From the NCBI GenBank assembly GCA_043228905.1, contig JBHGNT010000229.1, positions 1-48,142 of the forward strand: a stretch of 48,142 nucleotides of DNA, written 5' to 3'. This document shows positions 1 through 13,100 of this stretch, one piece after another. The stretch is from Azolla caroliniana. Taxonomy: Eukaryota > Plantae > Polypodiophyta. Every line of letters begins with the position of its first letter. The first letter of the stretch is position 1. Below the pieces are notes generated by a model that was not told where the DNA came from, ran no database searches, and saw only the letters and a program-made list of their open reading frames with translations. Made by a program: the position numbers and the translations under genes.

Positions 1-3000
1 ACGAAATTAGCAAACTCGAGGAGGGAGTTGAGAAGAGCTAGTAGGTAAATTAAAATGTTCATACCTGGCTCGTGTGATATCTGATTTTTGTGTTCAAACA
101 TGCGAATCGAAGCTAACAATGCTAGCTATGATATGGAATTAAAAAATCAAAATTTTGAAACTCAGGTCGAGAGACATGACGAAAATAGCAAACTTGAGGA
201 GGGAGTTGAGAGGAGCCCTTGAGTAAATTAAAATGTTCATACTTGGCTCGTGTGATATCGGATTTTTGTGTTCAAACATGCGAATCGAAGCTAACAACGC
301 TTGCTATGATATGGAATTAAAAAATCAAGATTTTGAAACTCAGGTCGAGAGACATGACGAAATTAGCAAACTTGAGGAGGGGGTTGAGAGGAGCCCTTGA
401 GTAAATTAAAAGGTTCATACCTGGCTCGTATGATATCGGATTTTTGTGTTCAAACATGCGAATCGAAGCTAACAATGCTAGCTATGATATGGAATTAGAA
501 AAATCAAGATTTTGAAACTCAGGTCTAGAGACATGAAGAAATTAGCAAACTTGAGGAGGGAGTTTAGAAGAGCTAGTAGGTAAATTAAAATATTCATACC
601 TGGCTCGTGTCATATCAGATTTATGAGTTCAAACATGCGAATCGAAGCTAACAACGCTAGCTATGATATGGAATTAAAAAATCAAGATTTTGATACTCAG
701 GTCGAAAGAAATGACGAAATTAGCAAACTTGAGCAGGGAGTTGAGAGGAGCCCTTGAGTAAATTAAAATGTTCATACCCAGCTCGTGTGATATCGGGTGT
801 TTGTGTTCAAACATGCGAATCGAAGCTAACAACGCTAGCTATGATATGGAATTAAAAAATCAAGATTTCGAAACTCAGGTCGAGAGACATGACGAAATTC
901 CCAAATTGGAGGAGGGAGTTGAGAAAAGCTAGGAGGTAAATTAAAATGTTCATACCTGGATCGTGTCATATCGGATTTATGTGTTCAAACATGCGAATCG
1001 AAGCTAACAACGCTAGCTATGATATGGAATTTAAAAATCAAGATTTTGAAACTGAGGTCGAAAGAAATGACGAAATTAGCAAACTTGAGGAGGGAGTTGA
1101 GAGGAGCCCTTGAGTAAATTACAATGTTCATACCCGGCTCGTGTGATATCGGGTTTTTGTGTTCAAACATGCGAATCGAAGCTAACAACGCTAGCTATGA
1201 TATGGAATTAGAAAATCAAGATTTTGAAACTCAGGTCGAGAGACATTACGAAATTACCAAATTTGAGGAGTGAGGTTAGAAGAGCTAGCAGGTAAATTTA
1301 AATGTTCATACCTGGTTCGTGTCATATCGGATTTTAGTGATCAAACATGCAAATCGAAGCTAACAACGCTAGCAATGATATGGAATTAAAAAATCAAGAT
1401 TTTGAAACTCAGGTCGAGAGACCTGACGAAATTAGCAAACTTGAGGAGGGAGTTGAGAGGAGCCCTTGAGTAAATTAAAATGTTCATACCTGGCTCGTGT
1501 GATATCGGGTTTTTGTGTTCAAACATGCGAATCAAAGCTAACAACGCTAGCTATGATATGGAATTAAAAAATCAAGATTTTGAAACTCAGGTCGAGAGAG
1601 ACATGACGAAATTAGCAAACTTGAGGAGGGATTTGAGAGGAGCCCTTGAGTAAATTAAAATGTTCATACCTGGTTCGTGTGATATCGGGTTTTTGTGTTC
1701 AAACATGCGAATCAAAGCAAACAACGCTAGCTATGATATGGAATTAAAAAAATCAAGATTTTGAAACTCAGGTCGAGAGACATGACGAAAATAGCAAACT
1801 TGAGGAGGGAGTTGAGAGGAGCCCTTGAGTAACTTAAAATGTTCATACCTAGCTCGTGTGATATCGGATTTTCCTGTTCAAACATGCGAATCGAAGCTAA
1901 CAACGCGAGCTATGATATGGAATTTAAAAATCCAGATTTTGAAACTCAGGTCGAGAGACATGACGAAATTAGCAAACTCGAGGAGGGAGTTGAGAAGAGC
2001 TAGTAGGTAAATTAAAATGTTCATACCTGGCTCGTGTGATATCTGATTTTTGTGTTCAAACATGCGAATCGAAGCTAACAATGCTAGCTATGATATGGAA
2101 TTAAAAAATCAAAATTTTGAAACTCAGGTAGAGAGACATGACGAAATTAGCAAACTTGAGGAGGGAGTTGAGAGGAGCCCTTGAGTAAATTAAAATGTTC
2201 ATACCTGACTCGTGTGATATCGGATTTTTGTGTTCAAACATGCGAATCGAAGCTAACGACGCTTGCTATGATATGGAATTAAAAAATCAAGATTTTGAAA
2301 CTCAGGTCGAGAGACATGACGAAATTAGCAAACTTGAGGAGAGGGTTGAGAGGAGCCCTTGAGTAAATTAAAAGGTTCATACCTGGCTCGTATGATATCG
2401 GATTTTTGTGTTCAAACATGCGAATCGAAGCTAACAATGCTAGCTATGATATGGAATTAGAAAAATCAAGATTTTGAAACTCAGGTCGAGAGACATGAAG
2501 AAATTAGCAAACTTGAGGAGGGAGTTTAGAAGAGCTAGTAGGTAAATTAAAATATTCATACCTGGCTCGTGTCATATCAGATTTATGAGTTCAAACATGC
2601 GAATCGAAGCTAACAACGCTAGCTATGATATGGAATTAAAAAATCAAGATTTTGATACTCAGGTCGAAAGAAATGACGAAATTAGCAAACTTGAGCAGGG
2701 AGTTGAGAGGAGCCCTTGAGTAAATTAAAATGTTCATACCCGGCTCGTGTGATATCGGATTTTTGTGTTCAAACATGCGAATCGAAGCTAACAACGCTAG
2801 CTATGATATGGAATTAAAAAATCAAGATTTCGAAACTCACGTCGAGAGACATGACGAAATTCCCAAATTGGAGGAGGGAGTTGAGAAAAGCTAGGAGGTA
2901 AATTAAAATGTTCATACCTGGATCGTGTGATATCGGGTTTTTGTGTTCAAACATGCGAATCGAAGCTAAAAACGCTAGCTATGTTATGGAATTAGAAAAT

Positions 3001-6000
3001 CAAGATTTTGAAACTCAGGTCGAGAGACATTACGAAATTACCAAATTTGAGGAGTGAGGTTAGAAGAGCTAGCAGGTAAATTTAAATGTTCATACCTGGT
3101 TCGTGTCAGATCGGATTTTAGTGATCAAACATGCAAATCGAAGCTAACAACGCTAGCAATGATATGGAATTAAAAAATCAAGATTTTGAAACTCAGGTCG
3201 AGAGACCGGACGAAATTAGCAAACTTGAGGAGGGAGTTGAGAGGAGCCCTTGAGTAAATTAAAATGTTCATACCTGGCTCGTGTGATATCGGGTTTTTGT
3301 GTTCAAACATGCGAATCAAAGCTAACAACGCTAGCTATGATATGGAATTTAAAAATCCAGATTTTGAAACTCAGGTCGAGAGAGACATGACGAAATTAGC
3401 AAACTTGAGGAGGGATTTGAGAGGAGCCCTTGGGTAAATTAAAATGTTCATACCTGGTTCGTGTGATATCGGATTTTTGTGTTCAAACATGCGAATCGAA
3501 GGTAACAACGCTAGCTATGATATGGAATTAAAACATCAAGATTTTGAAACTCAGGTCGAGAGACATGACGAAAATAGCAAACTTGAGGAGGGAGTTGAGA
3601 GGAGCCCTTGAGTAACTTAAAATGTTCATACCTGGCTCGTGTGATATCGGATTTTGCTGTTCAAACATGCGAATCGAAGCTAACAACGCGAGCTATGATA
3701 TAGAATTTAAAAATCCAGATTTTGAAACTCAGGTCCAGAGACATGACGAAATTAGCAAACTCGAGGAGGGAGTTGAGAAGAGCTAGTAGGTAAATTAAAA
3801 TGATCATACCTGGCTCGTGTGATATCTGATTTTTGTGTTCATACATGCGAATCGAAGCTAACAATGCTAGCTATGATATGGAATTAAAAAATCAAAATTT
3901 TGAAACTCAGGTCGAGAGACATGACGAAATTAGCAAACTTGAGGAGGGAGTTGAGAGGAACCCTTGAGTAAATCAAAATGTTCATACCTGGCTCGTGTGA
4001 TATCGGATTTATGTGTTCAAACATGCGAATCGAAGCTAACAACGCTTGATATGATATGGAATTTAAAAATCAAGATTTTGAAACTCAGGTCGAAAGAAAT
4101 GACGAAATTAGCAAACTTGAGCAGGGAGTTGAGAGGAGCCCTTGAGTAAATTAAAATGTTCATACCCGGCTCGTGTGATATCGGGTTTTTGTGTTCAAAC
4201 ATGCGAATCGAAGCTAACAACGCTAGCTATGATATGGAATTACAAAATCAAGATTTCGAAACTCAGGTCGAGAGACATTACGAAATTACCAAATTTGAGG
4301 AGTGAGGTTAGAAGAGCTAGCAGGTAAATTTACATGTTCATACCTGGTTCGTGTCATATCGGATTTTAGTGATGAAACATGCAAATCGAAGCTAACAACG
4401 CTAGCAATGATATGGAATTAAAAAATCAAGATTTTGAAACTCAGGTCGAGAGACCTGACGAAATTAGCAAACTTGAGGAGGGAGTTGAGAGGAGCCCTTG
4501 AGTAAATTAAAATGTTCATACCTGGCTCGTGTGATATCGGGTTTTTGTGTTCAAACATGCGAATCAAAGCAAACAACACTAGCTATGATATGGAATTAAA
4601 AAAATCAAGATTTTGAAACTCAGGTCGAGAGAGACATGACGAAATTAGCAAACTTGAGGAGGGATTTGAGAGGAGCCCTTGAGTAAATTAAAATGTTCAT
4701 ACCTGGTTCGTGTGATATCGGATTTTTGTGTTCAAACATGCGAATCGAAGGTAACAACGCTAGCTATGATATGGAATTAAAACATCAAGATTTTGAAACT
4801 CAGGTCGAGAGACATGACGAAAATAGCAAACTTGAGGAGGGAGTTGAGAGGAGCCCTTGAGTAACTTAAAATGTTCATACCTGGCTCGTGTGATATCGGA
4901 TTTTGCTGTTCAAACATGCGAATCGAAGCTAACAACGCGAGCTATGATATGGAATTTAAAAATCCAGATTTTGAAACTCAGGTCGAGAGACATGACGAAA
5001 TTAGCAAACTCGAGGAGGAAGTTGAGAAGAGCTAGTAGGTAAATTAAAATGTTCATACCTGGCTCGTGTGATATCTGATTTTTGTGTTCAAACATGCGAA
5101 TCGAAGCTAACAATGCTAGCTATGATATGGAATTAAAAAATCAAAATTTTGAAACTCAGGTCGAGAGACATGACGAAATTAGCAAACTTGAGGAGGGAGT
5201 TGAGAGGAGCCCTTGAGTAAATTAAAATGTTCATACCTGGCTCGTGTGATATCGGATTTATGTGTTCAAACATGCGAATCGAAGCTAACAACGCTTGATA
5301 TGATATGGAATTAAAAAATCAAGATTTTGAAACTCAGGTCGAGAGACATGACGAAATTAGCAAACTTGAGGAGGGGGTTGAGAGGAGCCCTTGAGTAAAT
5401 TAAAAGGTTCATACCTGGCTCGTATGATATCGGATTTTTGTGTTCAAACATGCGAATCGAAGCTAACAATGCTAGCTATGATATGGAATTAGAAAAATCA
5501 AGATTTTGAAACTCAGGTCGAGAGACATGAAGAAATTAGCAAACTTGAGGAGGGAGTTTAGAAGAGCTAGTAGGTAAATTAAAATATTCATACCTGGTTC
5601 GTGTCATATCAGATTTATGAGTTCAAACATGCGAATCGAAGCTAACAACGCTAGCTATGATATGGAATTAAAAAATCAAGATTTTGATACTCAGGTCGAA
5701 AGAAATGACGAAATTAGCAAACTTGAGCAGGGAGTTGAGAGGAGCCCTTGAGTAAATTAAAATGTTCATACCCGGCTCGTGTGATATCGGGTTTTTGTGT
5801 TCAAACATGCGAATCGAAGCTAACAACGCTAGCTATGATATGGAATTAAAAAATCAAGATTTCGAAACTCAGGTCGAGAGACATGACGAAATTCCCAAAT
5901 TGGAGGAGGGAGTTGAGAAAAGCTAGGAGGTAAATTAAAATGTTCATACCTGGATCGTGTCATATCGGATTTATGTGTTCAAACATGCGAATCGAAGCTA

Positions 6001-9000
6001 ACAACGCTAGCTATGATATGGAATTTAAAAATCAAGATTTTGAAACTCAGGTCGAAAGAAATGACGAAATTAGCAAACTTGAGGTGGGAGTTGAGAGGAG
6101 CCCTTGAGTAAATTAAAATGTTCATACCCGGCTCGTGTGATATCGGGTTTTTGTGTTCAAACATGCGAATCGAAGCTAACAACGCTAGCTATGATATGGA
6201 ATTAGAAAATCAAGATTTTGAAACTCAGGTCGAGAGACATTACGAAATTACCAAATTTGAGGAGTGAGGTTAGAAGAGCTAGCAGGTAAATTTAAATGTT
6301 CATACCTGGTTCGTGTCATATCGGATTTTAGTGATGAAACATGCAAATCGAAGCTAACAACGCTAGCAATGATATGGAATTAAAAAATCAAGATTTTGAA
6401 ACTCAGGTCGAGAGACCTGACGAAATTAGCAAACTTGAGGAGGGAGTTGAGAGGAGCCCTTGAGTAAATTAAAATGTTCATACCTGGCTCGTGTGATATC
6501 GGGTTTTTGTGTTCAAACATGCGAATCAAAGCTAACAACGCTAGCAATGATATGGAATTAAAAAATCAAGATTTTGAAACTCAGGTCGAGAGACCTGACG
6601 AAATTAGCAAACTTGAGGAGGGAGTTGAGAGGAGCCCTTGAGTAAATTAAAATGTTCATACCTGGCTCGTGTGATATCGGGTTTTTGTGTTCAAACATGC
6701 GAATCAAAGCAAACAACGCTAGCTATGATATGGAATTAAAAAAATCAAGATTTTGAAACTCAGGTCGAGAGAGACATGACGAAATTAGCAAACTTGAGGA
6801 GGGATTTGAGAGGAGCCCTTGAGTAAATTAAAATGTTCATACGTGGTTCGTGTGATATCGGATTTTTGTGTTCAAACATGCGAATCGAAGGTAACAACGC
6901 TAGCTATGATATGGAATTAAAACATCAAGATTTTGAAACTCAGGTCGAGAGACATGACGAAAATAGCAAACTTGAGGAGGGAGTTGAGAGGAGCCCTTGA
7001 GTAACTTAAAATGTTCATACCTGGCTCGTGTCGGATTTTGCTGTTCAAACATGCGAATCGAAGCTAACAACGCGAGCTATGATATGGAATTTAAAAATCC
7101 AGATTTTGAAACTCAGGTCGAGAGACATGACGAAATTAGCAAACTCGAGGAGGGAGTTGAGAAGAGCTAGTAGGTAAATTAAAATGTTCATACCTGGCTC
7201 GTGTGATATCTTATTTTTGTGTTCAAACATGCGAATCGAAGCTAACAATGCTAGCTATGATATGGAATTAAAAAATCAAAATTTTGAAACTCAGGTCGAG
7301 AGACATGACGAAATTAGCAAACTTGAGGAGGGAGTTGAGAGGAGCCCTTGAGTAAATTAAAATGTTCATACCTGGCTCGTGTGATATCGGATTTATGTGT
7401 TCAAACATGCGAATCGAAGCTAACAACGCTTGCTATGATATGGAATTAAAAAATCAAGATTTTGAAACTCAGGTCAAGAGACATGACGAAATTAGCAAAC
7501 TTGAGGAGGGGGTTGAGAGGAGCCCTTGAGTAAATTAAAAGGTTCATACCTGGCTCGTATGATATCGGATTTTTGTGTTCAAACATGCGAATCGAAGCTA
7601 ACAATGCTAGCTATGATATGGAATTAGAAAAATCAAGATTTTGAAACTCAGGTCGAGAGACATGAAGAAATTAGCAAACTTGAGGAGGGAGTTTAGAAGA
7701 GCTAGTAGGTAAATTAAAATATTCATACCTGGCTCGTGTAATATCAGATTTATGAGTTCAAACATGCGAATCGAAGCTAACAACGCTAGCTATGATATGG
7801 AATTAAAAAATCAAGATTTTGATACTCAGGTCGAAAGAAATGACGAAATTAGCAAACTTGAGCAGGGAGTTGAGAGGAGCCCTTGAGTAAATTAAAATGT
7901 TCATACCCGGCTCGTGTGATATCGGGTTTTTGTGTTCAAACATGCGAATCGAAGCTAACAACGCTAGCTATGATATGGAATTAAAAAATCAAGATTTCGA
8001 AACTCAGGTCGAGAGACATGACGAAATTCCCAAATTGGAGGAGGGAGTTGAGAAAAGCTAGGAGGTAAATTAAAATGTTCATACCTGGATCGTGTCATAT
8101 CGGATTTATGTGTTCAAACATGCGAATCGAAGCTAACAACGCTAGCTATGATATGGAATTTAAAAATCAAGATTTTGAAACTGAGGTCGAAAGAAATGAC
8201 GAAATTAGCAAACTTGAGGAGGGAGTTGAGAGGAGCCCTTGAGTAAATTAAAATGTTCATACCCGGCTCGTGTGATATCGGGTTTTTGTGTTCAAACATG
8301 CGAATCGAAGCTAACAACGCTAGCTATGATATGGAATTAGAAAATCAAGATTTTGAAACTCAGGTCGAGAGACATTACGAAATTACCAAATTTGAGGAGT
8401 GAGGTTAGAAGAGCTAGCAGGTAAATTTAAATGTTCATACCTGGTTCGTGTCATATCGGATTTTAGTGATGAAACATGCAAATCGAAGCTAACAACGCTA
8501 GCAATGATATGGAATTAAAAAATCAAGATTTTGAAACTCAGGTCGAGAGACCTGACGAAATTAGCAAACTTGAGGAGGGAGTTGAGAGGAGCCCTTGAGT
8601 AAATTAAAATGTTCATACCTGGCTCGTGTGATATCGGGTTTTTGTGTTCAAACATGCGAATCAAAGCTAACAACGCTAGCTATGATATGGAATTAAAATA
8701 TCAAGATTTTGAAACTCAGGTCGAGAGAGACATGACGAAATTAGCAAACTTGAGGAGGGATTTGAGAGGAGCCCTTGAGTAAATTAAAATGTTCTTACCT
8801 GGTTCGTGTGATATCGGATTTTTGTGTTCAAACATGCGAATCGAAGGTAACAACGCTAGCTATGATATGGAATTAAAACATCAAGATTTTGAAACTCAGG
8901 TCGAGAGACATGACGAAAATAGCAAACTTGAGGAGGGAGTTGAGAGGAGCCCTTGAGTAACTTAAAATGTTCATACCTGGCTCGTGTGATATCGGATTTT

Positions 9001-9480
9001 GCTGTTCAAACATGCGAATCGAAGCTAACAACGCGAGCTATGATATGGAATTTAAAAATCCAGATTTTGAAACTCAGGTCGAGAGACATGACGAAATTAG
9101 CAAACTCGAGGAGGGAGTTGAGAAGAGCTAGTAGGTAAATTAAAATGTTCATACCTGGCTCGTGTGATATCTGATTTTTGTGTTCAAACATGCGAATCGA
9201 AGCTAACAATGCTAGCTATGATATGGAATTAAAAAATCAAAATTTTGAAACTCAGGTCGAGAGACATGACGAAATTAGCAAACTTGAGGAGGGAGTTGAG
9301 AGGAGCCCTTGAGTAAATTAAAATGTTCATACCTGGCTCGTGTGATATCGGATTTATGTGTTCAAACATGCGAATCGAAGCTAACAACGCTTGCTATGAT
9401 ATGGAATTAAAAAATCAAGATTTTGAAACTCAGGTCGAGAGACATGACGAAATTAGCAAACTTGAGGAGGGGGTTGAGAG
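1..9480 (+). repeat. HOR domain A: about 11-mer (about 1961 bp) with 10-, 7- and 12-mer variants
   Basis: The equivalent anchor recurs at 1, 1963, 3746, 4995, 7130, 9091 (periods 1962, 1783, 1249, 2135, 1961). Private markers: GAGTAACTTAAA, TTAGTGAT(C/G)AAAC, GAGAGAGACATG (+2 bp), ATATCGGGTTT, ACATGAAGAA. Confidence 0.9.
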
Positions 9481-10199
9481 GAGCCCTTGAGTAAATTAAA
9501 ATGTTCATACCTGGGTCGTGTGATATCGGATTTTTGTGTTCAAACATGCGAATCGAAGGTAACAACGCTAGCTATGATATGGAATTAAAAAATCAAGATT
9601 TCGAAACTCAGGTCGAGAGACATGACGAAATTCCCAAATTGGAGGAGGGAGTTGAGAAAAGCTAGGAGGTAAATTAAAATGTTCATACCTGGATCGTGTC
9701 ATATCGGATTTATGTGTTCAAACATGCGAATCGAAGCTAACAACGCTAGCTATGATATGGAATTAAAAAATCAAGATTTTGAAACTCAGGTCGAGAGACA
9801 TGACGAAATTAGCAAACTCGAGGAGGGAGTTGAGAAGAGCTAGTAGGTAAATTAAAATGTTCATACCTGGCTCGTGTGATATCGGATTTTTGTGTTCAAA
9901 CATGGAATCGAAGCTAACAATGCTAGCTATGATATGGAATTAAAAAATCAAGATTTTGAAACTCAGGTCGAGAGACATGACGAAATTAGCAAACTTGAGG
10001 AGAGGGTTGAGAGGAGCCCTTGAGTAAATTAAAAGGTTCATACCTGGTTCGTATGATATCGGATTTTTGTGTTCAAACATGCGAATCGAAGCTAACAATG
10101 CTAGCTATGATATGGAATTAGAAAAATCAGGATTTTGAAACTCAGGTCGAGAGACATGACGAAATTAGCAAACTTGAGGAGGGAGTTGAGAGGAGCCCT

Positions 10200-13100
10200 T
10201 GAGTAAATTAAAATGTTCATACCTGGGTCGTGTGATATCGGATTTTTGTGTTCAAACATGCCAATCGAAGCTAACAACGCTAGCTGTGATATGGAATTAA
10301 AAAATCAAGATTTTGAAACTCAGGTCAAGAGAAATGACGAAATTACCAAATTGGAGGAGGGAGTTGAGAAGAGCTAGGAGGTAAATTTAAATGTTCATAC
10401 CTGGTTCGTGTCATATCGGATTTATGTGTTCAAACATGCGAATCCAAGGTAACAACGCTAGCTATGATATGGAATTAAAAAATCAAGATTTTGAAACTCA
10501 GGTCGAGAGACATGACGAGAATAGCAAACTTGAGGAGGGAGATGAGAGGAGCCCTTGAGTAAATTAAAATGTTCATACCTGGCTCGTGTGATATCGGATT
10601 TTTGTGTTCAAACATGCCAATCGAAGCTAACAACGCTAGCTGTGATATGGAATTCAAAAATCAAGATTTTGAAACTCAGATCGAGAGAAATGACGAAAAT
10701 AGCAAACTTGAGGAGGGAGTTCAGAGGAGCCTTTGAGTAAATTATAATGTTCACACCTGGCTCGTGTTATATCGGATTTTTATGTTCAAACGTGCGAATC
10801 GAAGCTAACAACGCTAGCTATGATATGGAATTTAAAAATCAAGACTTTGAAACTAAGGTCGAGAGACATGATGAAATTAGCAAAATCGAGAAGGTAGTTG
10901 AGAAGAGCGAGAAGGTAAATTTAAATGTTCATACCTGGTTCGTGTCATATCGGATTTATGTGTTCAAACATGCGAATCGAAGCTAACAACGCTAGCTATG
11001 ATATGGAATTAAAAAATCAAGATTTTGAAACTCAGGTCGAGAGACATGACGAAAATAGCAAACTTGAGGAGGGAGTTGAGAGGAGCCCTTGAGTAAATTA
11101 AAATAATCATACCACGCTCGTGTGATATCGGATTTTTGTGTTCAAACATGCGAATCGAAGCTAACAACGCTAGCTATGATAGCGAATTAAAAAATCAAGA
11201 CTTTGAAAGTCAGGTCGAGAGACATGACGAAATTAGCAAACTTAAGGAGGGAGTTGAGAGGAGCCCTTGAGTAAATTAAAACGTTCATACCTGGCTCGTG
11301 TGATATCGGATTTTTGTGTTCAAACATGCAAATCAAAGCTAACAACGCTAGCTATGATATGGAATTAAAAAATCAAGATTTTGAAACTCAGGTCGAGAGA
11401 CATGACGAAAATAGCAAACTTGAGGAGGGAGTTGAGAGGAGCCCTTGAGTAAATTAAACTGTTCATACCTGGCTCGTGTGATATCGGATTTTTGTGTTCA
11501 AACATGCGAATCGAAGCTAACAACGCGAGCTATGATATGGAATTTTAGGAGTGAGTTGAGAAGAGCTAGTAGGTAAATTAAAATGTTCATACCTGGTTCG
11601 TGTCATATCGGATTTATGTGTTCAAACATGCGAATCGAAGCTAACAACGCTAGCTATGATATGGAATTAAAAAATCAAGATTTTGAAACTCAGGTCGAGA
11701 GACATGACGAAATTAGCAAACTTGAGGAGGGAGTTGAGAGGAGCCCTTGAGTAAATTAAAATGTTCATACCTGGCTCCTGTGATATCGGATTTTTGTGTT
11801 CAAGCATGCGAATCGAAGGTAACAACGCTAGCTATGATATGGACTTAAAAAATCAAGATTTTGAAACTCAGGTCGAGAGACATGACGAAATTAGCAAACT
11901 TGAGGAGGGAGTTGAGAGGAGCCCTTGAGTAAATTAAAATGTTCATACCTGGTTCGTGTCATATCGGATTTATGTGTTCAAACATGCCAATCGAAGCTAA
12001 CAACGCTAGCTGTGATATGGAATTTAAAAATGAAGATTTTGAAACTCAGGTCGAGAGAAATTACGAAATTAGCAAATTTGAGGAGGGAGTTGAGAAGAGC
12101 TAGGAGGTAAATTTAAATGTTCATACCTGGTTCGTGTCATATCGGATTTATGTGTTCAAACATGCGAATCGAAGCTAACAACGCTAGCTATGATATGGAA
12201 TTAAAAAATCAAGATTTTGAAACTCAGGTCGAGAGACATGACGAAATTAGCAAACTTGAGGAGGGAGTTGAGAGGAGCCCTTGAGTAAATTAAAACGTTC
12301 ATACCTGGCTCGTGTGATATCGGATTTTTGTGTTCAAACATGCAAATCAAAGCTAACAACGCTAGCTATGATATGGAATTAAAAAATCAAGATTTTGAAA
12401 CTCAGGTCGAGAGACAGGACGAAAATAGCAAACTTGAGGAGGGAGTTGAGAGGAGCCCTTGAGTAAATTAAACTGTTCATACCTGGCTCGTGTGATATCG
12501 GATTTTTGTGTTCAAACATGCGAATCGAAGCTAACAACGCGAGCTATGATATTGAATTGAAAAATCAAGATTTTGAAACTCAGGTCGAGAGACATGACGA
12601 AATTACCAAATTCGAGGAGGGAGTTGAGAAAAGCTAGGAGGTAAATTAAAATGTTCATACCTGGATCGTGTCATATCGGATTTATGTGTTCAAACATGCA
12701 AATCGAAGCTAACAACGCTAGCTATGATATGGAATTAAAAAATCAAGATTTTGAAACTCAGGTCGAGAGACATGACGAAAATAGCAAACTTGAGGAGGGA
12801 GTTGAGAGGAGCCCTTGAGTAAATTAAACTGTTCATACCTGGCTCGTGTGATATCGGATTTTTGTGTTCAAACATGCGAATCGAAGCTAACAACGCGAGC
12901 TATGATATGGAATTTAAAAATCTAGATTTCGAAACTCAGGTCCAGAGACATGACGAAATTAGCAAACTCGAGGAGGGAGTTTAGAAGAGCTAGTACGTAA
13001 ATTAAAATGTTCATACCTGGCTCGTGTGATATCGGATTTTTGTGTTCAAACATGCGAATCGAAGCTAACAATGCTAGCTATGATATGGAATTAGAAAAAT

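Noticed and set aside
196-216. GAGGAGG as a Shine-Dalgarno site, or the purine tract as a G-quadruplex
   Set aside because: It is part of every monomer with no credible downstream gene, and it lacks four G3 runs.
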